Of a DNA stretch of 64,000 nucleotides, positions 1 to 13,178 are shown piece after piece; position 1 is the stretch's first letter, and every line of letters begins with the position of its first letter. The position numbers were made by a program, and so were the translations under genes. Source of the DNA: Dimorphilus gyrociliatus (lineage: Eukaryota; Animalia; Annelida); NCBI GenBank assembly GCA_904063045.1, contig CAJFCJ010000009.1:228942-292941 (forward strand). Reading direction: 5' to 3'. The notes beneath the pieces are model-generated. The model was not told the DNA's origin and made no database searches. It saw only the letters and a program-made list of their open reading frames with translations.

Positions 1-3000
1 TTAATTTGTAATAGACTTGCCATACAACATCCAAGGACATCTTAGAATCTAAGTAAATTGCTCCAGCAACGGATTCGAAAATATCACCCAGAGCTTTTGG
101 AATTTCAATATCTTGAGCTTCGTGACCTTCATCAGTTTCTAGACCCAGATTATCATCCAAGAGAACTTGGTCCGAATGTGATCTATGCCACGCAACAAAC
201 TTATTAATTACTTCGAAAAGTTGTGGAGAAATAGCTCGAAAAAATTTATGATAATTCCAAGCAACTGCAAGCCAAGCGAACATGTTATTATTAACTAGGG
301 CAGAGCGGAGATCAGTAAGAACACCGGGCGAGTGCTTCCGTCTATCTTCGAATAAGTGTCTCGTAATAACATAATCAAGAACTGCATCCCCCAGAAACTC
401 CAGTCTCTGGTAGCAATCAGTTACACTATTATAGTGATAACCTGCATGAGTAAATGCCTGGAGTAAATAAGCCCTGTCGTTGAACTGATAACCGATTATT
501 CTTTCGAACTCTTCAAAACCATCCAGAAGATTGTCTAAAATATTAGTTGCCCTTGGAACATGAGCTAAAAGTGGACTTGGCGGCGAGAATTTAGAATTTT
601 CCCTCTCTTCAATTACCTTCAAGCCTAACCAAGACATGAGACGAATAGCAGCTTTTTGACCGCAAGAATTCAAGTAACAACCTATCAGTGCCTCAACACA
701 GTCCGCAATACTTTTATCGGGTAAACTATGTTGTGTCTGAAGATAATAAGTAATAACAGTCCTCTCACTATGACTATTTTCGGGCCCAAAGTGGACATCA
801 AGCTCCTTGTAAGTGCCCATAACAAATCCAGGAGGAAGCCAATTTTCTCCTGGTTCAAATTTTGATGCTACCATACACTCTGGCAACTTGTGACGTTTTC
901 CCAGTTTATATAAATTATAATTGGATACTTGTTTACTTCGTAAATAGCTTAATTTGCCTTCGTGTATACCTGGATGTCTGCAATATAAGAAGACAGTAAC
1001 AGCAAACTTTAGGAAGGAATCCCCTATTGTTTCCAGTCGTTCCAAATTAAAAAAATCGTTAGCATTTGACATAGTTAAAGCTTGTAAAAGGTCTGTCGGA
1101 GACGGGCCCAACCACGTGTCAACATCAATTCGGTCTTTGAAAGAAACAATCTCTTGAGTCTCGCTCGACATGGAGGAATTTAAGCTTTCTTGAACTTCTG
1201 GTGAAAAGTTTGACTCGTCATCAGAGTTGATTGGTGGTGCTAATGAATAGTCAAATTCTAGAGCAGGATACTGATATTCTTCTGGAACATTAGCTACACC
1301 AATAGCTGCCTTTTTAGATATTCGATTTCGAAGTTCACTTGCTAACAATAAAGAATTCATTCTATAAAATATGGCTGGCAGGCAAACCATTTTCCTCCAT
1401 AAAGAAGCTTGCAACACATGAACATGACAAAGTTCTGGAATGAGAATCTGCTTCTGTCGAAGGGATTCTCGTCTGGCTCTTCTTGTCTCTAGACTGCTAG
1501 TTGGTAACGCCCTACCCTTTTGATTGACATATCGAGGTGTTAGTAGATTGAGTCTTACTGATGTATGATCGACATCCAAGAGCGGCTGCTTAAGATCGCT
1601 TATTCCCAAATTGTATTTCACTTCATAATACTCTTTAAAACTATCAAAGGAATCTGAGGGGAATGGACTTTTAGGTGATAAATCTGTACGAATTTCTGCT
1701 ACATAAAAATGCTGTGGCTGGTCCTTATTCCTGTAAGAAGGCATGACAACTGCATCTTCGAATACTTCCTTCTCAAATATGAAGTCTTTCTTTTCTATAA
1801 TATCAGCATTTGAATCGTAAAAGTCTATTACTTTTTGCGCGTACTCCCATTCAATTTCAGATTCTTTTCCGATTAAAGGGATGATTAAAGCGCAACTTGG
1901 TGATTCTTTTGGTTCAAATAACATAGGATCTTTTCCCAATCTAAGTGTTTTTCGAAAAATTGCATAATGAAAGCTAGTAACAATCTTTAGTTGATCACTA
2001 GTCACACGAATTCGATCGTTTATTAAATTACAAGATACAGTTACTTCGCCTGATCTTGTAAATACGGGAAAGCTGGGTAAGTTTGGCAAGCGATGCTTGA
2101 CTAGGAAACCGAAACATTTATCTGTGCTTTGAGGCATATAAATCTTTCGCCCTCTAACATTCTGGGCTTCATCTATGGGTCTTGTAAGAGTCATGTCAAT
2201 GCTATACAAACAGCAAATTTCAGTTCCGTTAGAAACTGGTGTTTGTAAACAAGAAGCGATTAATTTATCGTAATGTTGTTTTCGTTTACTTGAACCGGGA
2301 CGGGCGTGTGTATTAGACCATTCTAGCTCATCTTCATCGCTCTCGTATCGAACTAAATCTTTTCCAACCGGTACCAGAGAGGAATCAAGTTCACCTTGTT
2401 TATGTAATATTTCACAAGTCTTTAAGGCCGCGGACATTCTAGCAAGTTTTTTTGTTGGCATTTCTTCACCCTTTGAAAAGAAAAACATTTTTATTCTGTT
2501 TTAGTAAAATAGATACCTACTATATTGCATATTTAATTGTAGAGGAAATCTTACCCTTATTGGCAATTTGATGGGTGAGTTAATCGGTAATTGTAGTTGG
2601 CAAACAAATATAGGTTTAACATTATTGACTTGCTCTATAACAGCAGAAGCGGAGAGTTGAGTGAAGGCGTCACTTGGGAGTTTAGCGCAGTACCTACGGG
2701 TAATTTAAGCATGATAATTCAACAAATAGTGGTTTAAAAGTTGTTTTAAATTACTAATAATGAAAAAGGCTATTTTACTAACCTGTTTACCAAGGCAGTT
2801 GCGGAGGTCAGAGTCACACACGCCTTCTCAGTTCTATACGGTTTGACTATTTCTTCATAAATAAGAGGATCATATTCGTCATTTTCACATTCCTCCCCTA
2901 TACCTTCTCTATTGTTATCCTTTTCTCTTAATCTGCTAGTTAAAATCTCCTCTATTTCCTTAAAGTTTTCTAAAGTCTCTGGGAAATTATCGTGTAGGCG

Positions 3001-6000
3001 ATTATCAGTTAAAATATGATAAGCTGATTTATTTGCCTGAGCCTTGGTCTTACTTAGGACAAACATTTTAAAGTCTATTGGTGGATCGAATTGAACTACT
3101 AAATTGCATTTTGGAAGATCTGCTCCTGCTGGAAGGGAACTCGTCGCAAATAATAAATTCAGATTTTTTAAACGGAATTGTCTCATTACATCTTCGCCCT
3201 TATTACCACTAACATATGCACTGTGAATGAAATAAAGACTTGCATCCCAATTGCATAGTTCAGTAACCAATTTATTCAAAGCAAAGGCAGAGTGTCTTCG
3301 ATCAAGGAAAACAACACCGTAAAGGTTCTCTTCATCACGTTTTTCATCGGAATTGTAAAGCCGAGCTATATATTGTGGTTTATCTGAATCGATATTTTTT
3401 TCAACATATTTTTCAGCAGTCTCATCTTCGTAGTCCGAAAAGTCTAAGGACGACCCAAAAGAGTAACTACTTCCTTCTGAGTCCGAATCTTTATAATTTT
3501 CCTCTTCGTATTCTTCTTTTTTCTTTTCTTCATTAATTTCACTTTTACTTTGAATAACAAACTTTTGAGTTGGCTCATATTTACTTAAAATTTTGATGAG
3601 CGCAAGAGCTCTAGGTGAAATCATTTCTTCAAAATCTTCTTTACTATTTACCCGTTCTTCGAAGTGACGCCATCCAATTGAATAGAGCAAAGCTAAATTG
3701 GTTTGTGTGAGCAGCAAAAGTTGCTTATGTTTATCCTTCTTTTCCATTTTGGCTAATTTCCATACTTGTTTTAACATTGATTCTGCTACAATTGCAAGAC
3801 ACCAAGTACCAAGAGTTGTTAAAACGTTCAAACATTCCTTAAACACAGTTTTGGGAGTTGCTGTGGAGTCTTCTGCTGAGTCCTCTTCCGTTGGTTGTAT
3901 ATTTTGGACATATCCAAGGACGTTGTTGATAATAGACATCATCTCTTGGTAAAGTTCGTTTGAATCGGAAACTGGAGAACAATCGTGTAGCTGAACGGTT
4001 GGTCTTGCACCATAATAATCAGTATAAACTTCATCAGTGGCAGTTTCGCATCGACATTCTAATGCTGCTTCTAGATCGTCTAAGTTACACCGCAATTCCT
4101 TGGGTTCCGTAAACGAGCAAGCAAGAACTGATTTATCTAGTCCTAAAACTCTTGGCTTCTCATCATAATTCAACGATCTGTATTTGCGCATAATCTCGGC
4201 ATAAGGATGTTCGCTGGATAAAACTTGTCGAGCATCATATAAAACCAAAACATAAATATCAGTTAAAGATAAGAGGCCGTTTTGAATAAATTTGAGCAAA
4301 TCTTCAGGTTTACATATAAAAACTTGATATTCAAACAATAGATCGCTTTCATGTTCATTTTTACTAAGTTGATCATCACTAGGTAATTTACAAACCCGTA
4401 AGTTTGAGTGAATACCAATAACGTCCTCGAACTGGTTGACAATATTATCTGTAAAAATAAAAGGAAAGAGAGTTTTTGTTTAGAATTTGTTTTTCAAACA
4501 AAGATTAATAATATAAACAATATGTGTAAAATCAGTAAAATAGATATCTAAAAATAGATTATAATCAATATTTTAATGTATATAAAAAATATACTCATAA
4601 ATATAAATAAAAAGAGCTGATTCTTTATATACAGTATATGTCTTGATCTAAAATTAATCATAAATAGAAAATATATCATACTAGTCTACCATTAATGTAA
4701 CATTACCAAAAAAAATTCCCTATAGACTATATAGGCTTATATAAATTGAAATGATCATAGTCCCCGAAAATATATACTGATATAGTCTATTATGGTTACA
4801 TATATGAGTATATTTATCCATATAAAAGTATTTATGCTTAAAATAGTGTAAAAATAAATTTAATGCATGTTATTTTGAAAAAATTTATTCATTATAATCA
4901 AATTTGTGCGACTTCTAGTCAATTAACAAAGAATTCTATTATAAATAGGTCTATTCTATTATAAATAACATTACTACTATATTTCAACAGTTGCAAATGT
5001 GTTGTATGCTAAGGTATAATTAAACTCTATTGTTTAAATAGTAGGATACACTGTTTTCTTTAGTTTTTATAACTTTCATTTTAATAGAATAATTCATTTA
5101 CATCTTATGCTGAATAATAATATTAAAAAGATGAGATGCTGTCTTGGAATATTAAAATATCAGACTAAAATATGGTCAAGTTGTTATTTTACTAAATCAG
5201 TTTGATGAACAAATAATGATTTTTTGATTTAGTTGTTCGCATTACAGATAATAATAGCCAAAATATCAGCATATATCATTCTCCTATATACTGTATATAG
5301 TAGTTTAGTATTTAATAAAAGATTTTTTATGAGCAGATATTAGATTATTCAAATAATGCATACACTGTGTAGTATATAAACTACAAAATATATTATCATT
5401 CCGTTAGTAGTTAGTCAAAAACTATACATTTCCTTCAAATATAATATTGAAAAAAAATTCAAATGTCTTCGGGATGAAAACATTATCCATTGTTACTAAA
5501 AATTCGGTTTATATCTCCATGTATAAAACTGCAGAGATATATGAGATATCAAAAGTATATGGAAAGTATTAGATATATTCTGTGTGCTCTGACAAACATA
5601 AGTATTAATAAAGTCTGTTTTAAATAATCAATTGTAGTATTTATACCCTCGAAGCAATATTAACTTTAGGCAAAAAAATTGAATTTACACATCTCCAGAG
5701 GCGATTTGCTATTCGTTCTGGTAGATATTTCAAATTCTCTCTATATTTATTTTTTTCTATTTATTCTCTATATATTTTAACAAGTGAATGCTAAAATCTA
5801 TATTTCATTTAACAAAGCAAATCGGTCAGGTAACTATTTTAAATGAAAAGCATTCTCTTGAACAGTTGAATTAAAAACACAAAAATGGTGAGAATACTTA
5901 AAAACTTAACGGCAATATTTGTATAAATATGTTGCCAGTAAATTTTATCGTACCAATACTTACTACAATAATTAAATAAACTTACCATTTTCAACCAAAA

Positions 6001-7070
6001 GAACGCTAATTTTTCGACAATTTCGAACAAATCTGCCAAAATGTCTAAGCAATGTAACCGTTATAAAAATTCTACCAAGTGTATCTTCATTTTCTCCAGA
6101 GAAGATAAGTGTATTCCTCTGTATTGCTGCTTCAACAAGTTCAACCTAAAAAGAGCAAATATATACCCGTTATGAATACATTTGAATTAATAATTTCTAA
6201 ATGAAATATAGGCGTTATAAATTTACCCAAATCCGATCATATTTTGACAATTGCCTAAGGCTACTGTTTGCTCGGAACATGTCATTACGAGCCACCAAAC
6301 TAAAACTATGTTACACATGTTGAAAAAATTTGAAAAGATAGGTGAATGTTGATTGGTTGAACAGTCCCAGTGACTTAGAAAAGATTTCTTTTATGTACTT
6401 TTAACAGAGGCATAAGCGGAATGATTGGTAAATATATGATTTAAAAAACACCGCGTGAAAATATCAGTGTTATGTATTTGTTTATTTGTTTCAGAGGTTT
6501 CCAAAAATATAAAATTACATAGAAATGCTCTGAAATTTTCAGAATGTATATATGACCAGCTGTTTTGAATATTAAATTATTCATAAGGGTTTAACTGCTG
6601 AAAGCGTACTTATTATCTTCTTTGAGAAATTTGCAGTTACTATTGATTATTTAAATCTAATATGCTATTCAAGAAAAATTTGAATACTCGTGTTCAAATA
6701 TATATATATATATATTTAGGTATTGTATATGCTGTATACACAAGTATATACTATAAAAATATTGCTATTTTGTTCTTTCTAAATTTGAACACATAAGCAA
6801 AACATATCATAAACCTGACACTACGTTTTGACTGACTCTGTTTGAATTTTTACAAATAAATCTTTTCAAAACATATAAGGCAGTTTTTGTAAAAAAAAGT
6901 TTTATTCTATTTATAGAAAAAGATCGTTGGTTTCAAAACTCTTAACCGTTTCGAGTAAAAAGGTTGAATCAGTACTATACTTACATGAAAAGTCCTTGGA
7001 GTCAGAATATCAGTGTGAACGTAATCTTGCCGACCCTTTGAGCCGGGTTTCCGACCGTCACCACTCAATG
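1..7070 (-). CDS. DICER1: Dicer-1 endoribonuclease (3'-partial; terminal dsRBD lies off the window)
   Basis: Manually joined exons 7070-6985 (..VHTDILTPRTFH), 6145-5986 (VELVEAAIQRNT..), 4448-2783 (helicase), 2693-2555, 2470-1. Contains the Dicer dimerisation fold (NRYCAKLPSD..), platform (RPGSSKRKQHY), PAZ, RNase IIIa (ERLETIGDSFLK..ADCVEALIG) and RNase IIIb (QRLEFLGDAVLD..GDIFESVAGA). Possible ATG micro-exon at 7352-7343. Confidence 0.97.
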
Positions 7071-7564
7071 CTAAACGCTATATATAAAACCACATTAAAT
7101 TGATTAGTTAAAGGAACAAATAGTTCTACTCATATATCTATTTACAGTCATCTACAATGTAAAATTTTTGTCTTATTAACAGAATGTTACTTGGGAAATG
7201 AATTTATTAATGTTTCACTAGATTGTTGTTAGCAACAAACTAAATCATTTTATTTAAGAAATTTTAATTCTTTAAGTAAAATACTATATTCTACAGCAAA
7301 CGTAAAGAACATCAAAGTATATTTTAATTAAACCCTAGGTACCAAGAGCCATCAGCACAAAGAATATTTGAGCGACAATAGAGAAGCCTTTTTAATCTAT
7401 GATAATTACTTTACCGAAAAGTCTAAGTCTACAATCAATAATGACTACAAACCATTTCACTTCAATTTTTAATTCAATTTAACATTATCTCCATCATTTA
7501 AAGTCTTAAATCAATAATTTGAATAGCAAAACATGAGGAGAGAAAGCGAAATATTACATAGAGC

Positions 7565-8633
<1,069 letters not shown>

Positions 8634-8654
<21 letters not shown>

Positions 8655-9365
8655 AATTTTAGTCAATACATTTCTCATATCTTCTTCAAGTTTTTGTGTG
8701 TCTTTCTGATCTTTTAAAATTTTATGTTTTTCCGAAGCAAGAACTGAAGCGGCAATTTCATTCAATACAAAAGCTGTGCAAATTAATGTAAATGACCAAC
8801 TGAGATACCATTCAGTTGTCTTTTTCGCGTCAATATCAGACACAACTTTAAAACCGAATATTGCCAAACTGACTAGAAGTGAAAAACCAGAACAATGACC
8901 AATTGTTATCAAAACTGATATAGTTCTCTGAGTTCGAAGAGATACTCTGCATATATACATTGCCAAACCAAATACAGTAAGAAGCATTCCAGCGAAACCA
9001 ATGCAGGAGAAAACTTGCGTTGTAACATACCATCCCGGGAATTCAAACCAACCTGCTAATTTATATGAGCAGGTAAAAGTGTTTCTGCTATATTCGCCAT
9101 CACCTAATTCTTTTGGAGAGCATGACCACATTTTCCATAGTCCATAGCCTCCGTATGATCGAGTTTCTATTTTTTCCCAAGTTGCCCAATATGATGTGGA
9201 AAATCCTATTAGCATATCAATACTGGCTGTTAGGATTAAGCCAAAAGCACCCTTTATAAAAGGCGAAATTCGGCGTTGATTATAGTCTTTTTCAGTTGTT
9301 GGTAACATATCTAATGAGAATCTGAAAATCTTATCATCCGATAACTTTAAGATATCGTACGACAT
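8634..9365 (-). CDS. Claudin/PMP22/EMP-superfamily four-transmembrane protein (single coding exon, 243 aa)
   Basis: Four hydrophobic segments; first extracellular loop has the W..GLW..C..C signature (YW..YGLWKMWSC..TC); charged cytoplasmic tail. A splice acceptor (cactag) directly precedes the ATG. Confidence 0.8.
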
Positions 9366-9434
9366 CTAGTGTTTAATACAAAAGGCAGATGGCGTGTAAG
9401 TTGGTCAGCTAGAATTAGACGATGCCCGAGAAGA

Positions 9435-9641
9435 ATGTCGTCGAAAGCTCAAACGAAATCAGTTCGTCTTATGACAATATTAGCATATGTATTAGCTGTG
9501 TCTTTGGCTGCCATAGCTCTAGCTGTTTATTACACTTTCTTTTGGGATCCTGCAACGGCAATTCGTACTTCCGTTCAACCCACTCCAAACGTTGAAGTAA
9601 CGACACCGAATCTCTTAGAAGTAAATCACGCGGAAGACTGA
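9435..9641 (+). CDS. InaF-motif single-pass micropeptide (68 aa; putative TRP-channel regulator family)
   Basis: KSVRLMTILAYVLAVSLAAIALAVYYTFFWDP matches the InaF motif (VRLxTVxAYxxSVSxAAxxLxxYYxxxWxP) of Drosophila InaF and vertebrate INAFM1/2. Confidence 0.88.
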   Translation: MSSKAQTKSVRLMTILAYVLAVSLAAIALAVYYTFFWDPATAIRTSVQPTPNVEVTTPNLLEVNHAED

Positions 9642-10205
9642 GGTGCTATGAAGAAATTTTTATCGACTAATTTTCACGATTTCTATGTTTCAACGATATT
9701 CTACACCTTTAAAAATAAAACGTACTCACGGAACAAAGTTTGCAAAAGTCACGTGTTCGGGCGTTTCCTAAAAAAATTATCGTATAGAGAAATTATTTCT
9801 TTACCTGTTACTTATTTTGCTGTTTTACCTTGTTCGAATAAAAATTATTGTGTTTTAGGTTAAATTGTTAAATTTAAAAGATAAGAAACAATTTGAAATA
9901 TTCGCTTGAGTGCAACGAAGATGTAGAACTAGTTTCCCAATTCAGGTACTTTCTTTAGCTTCAAATTTTAAACAATTTACGCTAAAGTACTCTCACTAGA
10001 GTATAATCTTTGAAATACCAATCGGATAGCCTGTTATACTAAGAAATATATCATTTATCTTATAGTTTTTTTTACAAAAAAAATTGACTATGTCTCTTTT
10101 ATCCTCTATTTGATTAGCGTAAGTGTAACTATAGTTTGCTTAGTAAGCAGAAAACAAAATATAATAACTATATCTCTTATAAAAGTGTATTTTAAAGCTG
10201 TATAA

Positions 10206-11186
10206 TTAATTAGTTAACAGACTTAAGCAGTCAGCCGCATCAACTATTCTAGCAATTTCCTCTGCTTTTCGGTTTCGGGAATCTTCTAAGGCTGGATTAG
10301 CCCCCAATTCTAATAATGTTTTTACGATATTTTTCAAGTGTTCTTTGCAGGCTATATGCAGAGCCGTTGATAGTCCTACAGTTGTTTGAGCGTTGATATC
10401 AACATTGTGATGCTTTATCAAATGTTTTATGACATCAGCTTGGTTCGCTTGAGCTGCTATGTGGATGCAACTCTTCCCTAAATTATCAGTATCATTTATA
10501 TTTGCCCCATTTGTAACAAGAAGATCGATTATATCAACGGAACCTCCCTTTACAGCATCCATTAAGGGATTTAAACCACAACTGTCTTTGAGATGAACGC
10601 TTATTGCAGTTTTTCTTAGAAGATATTTGACCATTTCGCAATGCCCATGAATACAAGCTGTGTGTAAAATACTTCTTCCATTATTGCTGCGCGTTTCCCA
10701 TAGAGTACTATCGATAGTAAGAAAGTAAGAAACAATTTCAATACGTCCTGAACGTACGGCTATATGAATTGGTGTCCAACCATCTTTATTTCGAACATTC
10801 GTGGACGCGCCATAATCGATTAACACTTTTATTAAGTTCAAGGACGATTTCACAGCAGCCAACATTAGCGACGTCCAATCGGCCCTTTTCAAAGAATCGA
10901 CACATACTTTTCGCTCTAAGAGGTATTCAACACAATCCAAATGATCATTTTGAGAGGCTTCGTGTAACGGGCGTTTACCATCATTATTTGCTATTTCAGG
11001 GTTGGCATGGAATGACTCTATCAAAATTTGCACTAAATCTTTTCTACCCAATCTGCAAGTGATATGAAGGAGAGTATCGCCGTTCCGCTTGTGTTTTTGA
11101 TTGATATCAGAGGCATTTTCTAAAGCTTTCGTTAAATCCCCACTGCTATATTTCTGAATACGTTTATATACTTCATCTATTTCCAT
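10206..11186 (-). CDS. ANKRD16: Ankyrin repeat domain-containing protein 16
   Basis: 326-aa single-exon ORF with about 9 ankyrin repeats; GDTLLH..KRPLHEA..VDSLKRADWTSLMLA..NKDGW matches recalled ANKRD16. Confidence 0.85.
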   Translation of the reverse strand: MEIDEVYKRIQKYSSGDLTKALENASDINQKHKRNGDTLLHITCRLGRKDLVQILIESFHANPEIANNDGKRPLHEASQNDHLDCVEYLLERKVCVDSLKRADWTSLMLAAVKSSLNLIKVLIDYGASTNVRNKDGWTPIHIAVRSGRIEIVSYFLTIDSTLWETRSNNGRSILHTACIHGHCEMVKYLLRKTAISVHLKDSCGLNPLMDAVKGGSVDIIDLLVTNGANINDTDNLGKSCIHIAAQANQADVIKHLIKHHNVDINAQTTVGLSTALHIACKEHLKNIVKTLLELGANPALEDSRNRKAEEIARIVDAADCLSLLTN

Positions 11187-13178
11187 CTGAAAGTTACTTA
11201 AAGTTAGAATGGTATAAAATGAGTTTCGTCAGGTAAAGCATTTTTTTAAAGCAGCTTTAATGGAATCTATTATAATTTAATTACATAAGTATACTATTGC
11301 ACTATTTATAAATCTCATTAAAAAGAAGGAGGATCTTTTAAATACTACTTTTCAGTTCTATGAATATAAAAGAGATAATAGAGTATTAAAGAATAAATGT
11401 GTTTTAAAAGTTTGAAAAAAGCTTATATAAATCTTTGAAGTCACTGAATGTGACACTTCAATTTTGCACCGCCTCTTCATTCTAAATCCTAGTCTAAGAG
11501 ATCAATATCTTATCAAATTCCCTTATTTCTTACATATGAGAGTCTTTTTATTAGAAAAAAAAAAGATCAAACGAGTCTAAAAAGTTCGCAAAAAATGAGT
11601 ACTAACTAGGATCAAGTGAAGGTTAACTAATCCGCACCTTATAGGTAAGCACACGCGTTATATTTAATTACAATTTAATTATTAAAGTAATAGTTATTCA
11701 TACTGAATCGGCTATACTTAAGAGACGAAATACTATTTCGTAATACTACAATTTAGTATTGTTCTATTTAGATAAATACATTGTTGAATTACCCAAATTG
11801 TTCTCTATTAGATTGAACAAAATTTTGTTAATGAGCTATAATTTACCAGTACATCCTTCTTCATAAATTGATATTTTAATAGTTTTGTTGCATTGAGAAA
11901 AGATTGTTGGGTGGGGAATATCTCTCACCTCGTCTGACAAGAGACTAAGTTACACCTGGCGGTTGAATAAGTCTCTTTTTATTTAGTTGTACACTCTTAT
12001 AATCATAAGAGTCATTTGTTTTTGTAATAAAAATCTCATTTATACATTTTTACATGATACCAGATCGATTTGTCTCCTCCATATATCGTCTTTCAAATAT
12101 ATCAATGTATGCAATATCTATTATAACGTACCTAAGTACAAAGAGAATTTTAAGTATTTTAAATGTTTAATAAGTAAGAACCTAAGCATCTAATTACTAG
12201 ATAAAATGAAACGAAAAAGGTTGGCAAATGGCTTATTTGCTGTAAAGTCGACAGAGAATTGAAAATGAAAAACAGTAAAGAGATCGATTTTGGCGTTTAT
12301 CAATAGGACTAAATTTTTGACAATTTTCTATAGCGAATGGTATAAGTATCAAAATGTTTCTTTGATGACCAAAATAATTAGTCCTTATGACAAATATAAA
12401 AAAAAGTAGTCTTTGCTTTACTTCAAAATACGTTTCCAATGAATTTTTTTTTACTTCTGAAGAGTTGTTAGTTTATACTTTAAAAATAACAGATATAGAT
12501 AATATTTGGCTACCGAACAAAAAACTATTTATATACAATTTATACAAATTTACGGTCATTTGCTTAAATCTTGTATTCCAAATGAGCACACAAAAGGTTT
12601 TACCTCTCTATTAAGTTCATATTCATACGGATTCTTCGATTTCCGTTGAAACTATAGCAAAAAGAATAGATAAATTTAAACTAGCCAAAGAACAACAATA
12701 TAGCATTTTTTGATAATAATCATTAAATATTTTAGATTATTAAAGAGTTTTATGATAATATTTACGACAACAAATCTTGGATAAATAGATGATTATGTCA
12801 AAACAAATCACGATTTTGTCGTTGTAGAGGTCAACAACAAAATTAGAATTATGAATTGTCAATCACTGATTTAAATGAGAAATGGAGAAAAATATTTTTG
12901 ACATTTTTAAATATTCTTGTACTAGCGATAATAAGTATAGTTTGGATATATTCTAGTAATTTTTCAAGTTAAACATTTACTTTCCAGAATATATTAAATG
13001 GAATTATTTGGAATTTTTTTCATATTGATTTATTAGATTTTGGTCTTAAAAAGACTATTTAGTTGATAACTTACAGTCGATTAGAACATTCTTTACAATA
13101 CTGCTTTTATTATACGCCTAAACCGGATGTCCAAATCAGCACGTGTAGAAAATAGTATGGTAGTGTAACTGGAACACA

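Noticed and set aside
954-3952. Plus-strand ORFs 954-1157 and 3698-3952 (and similar antisense ORFs such as 10769, 15157, 15720, 31368, 41270, 41946, 43002, 43441, 47883, 59188)
   Set aside because: Antisense shadows of well-supported genes, with no independent family signal.
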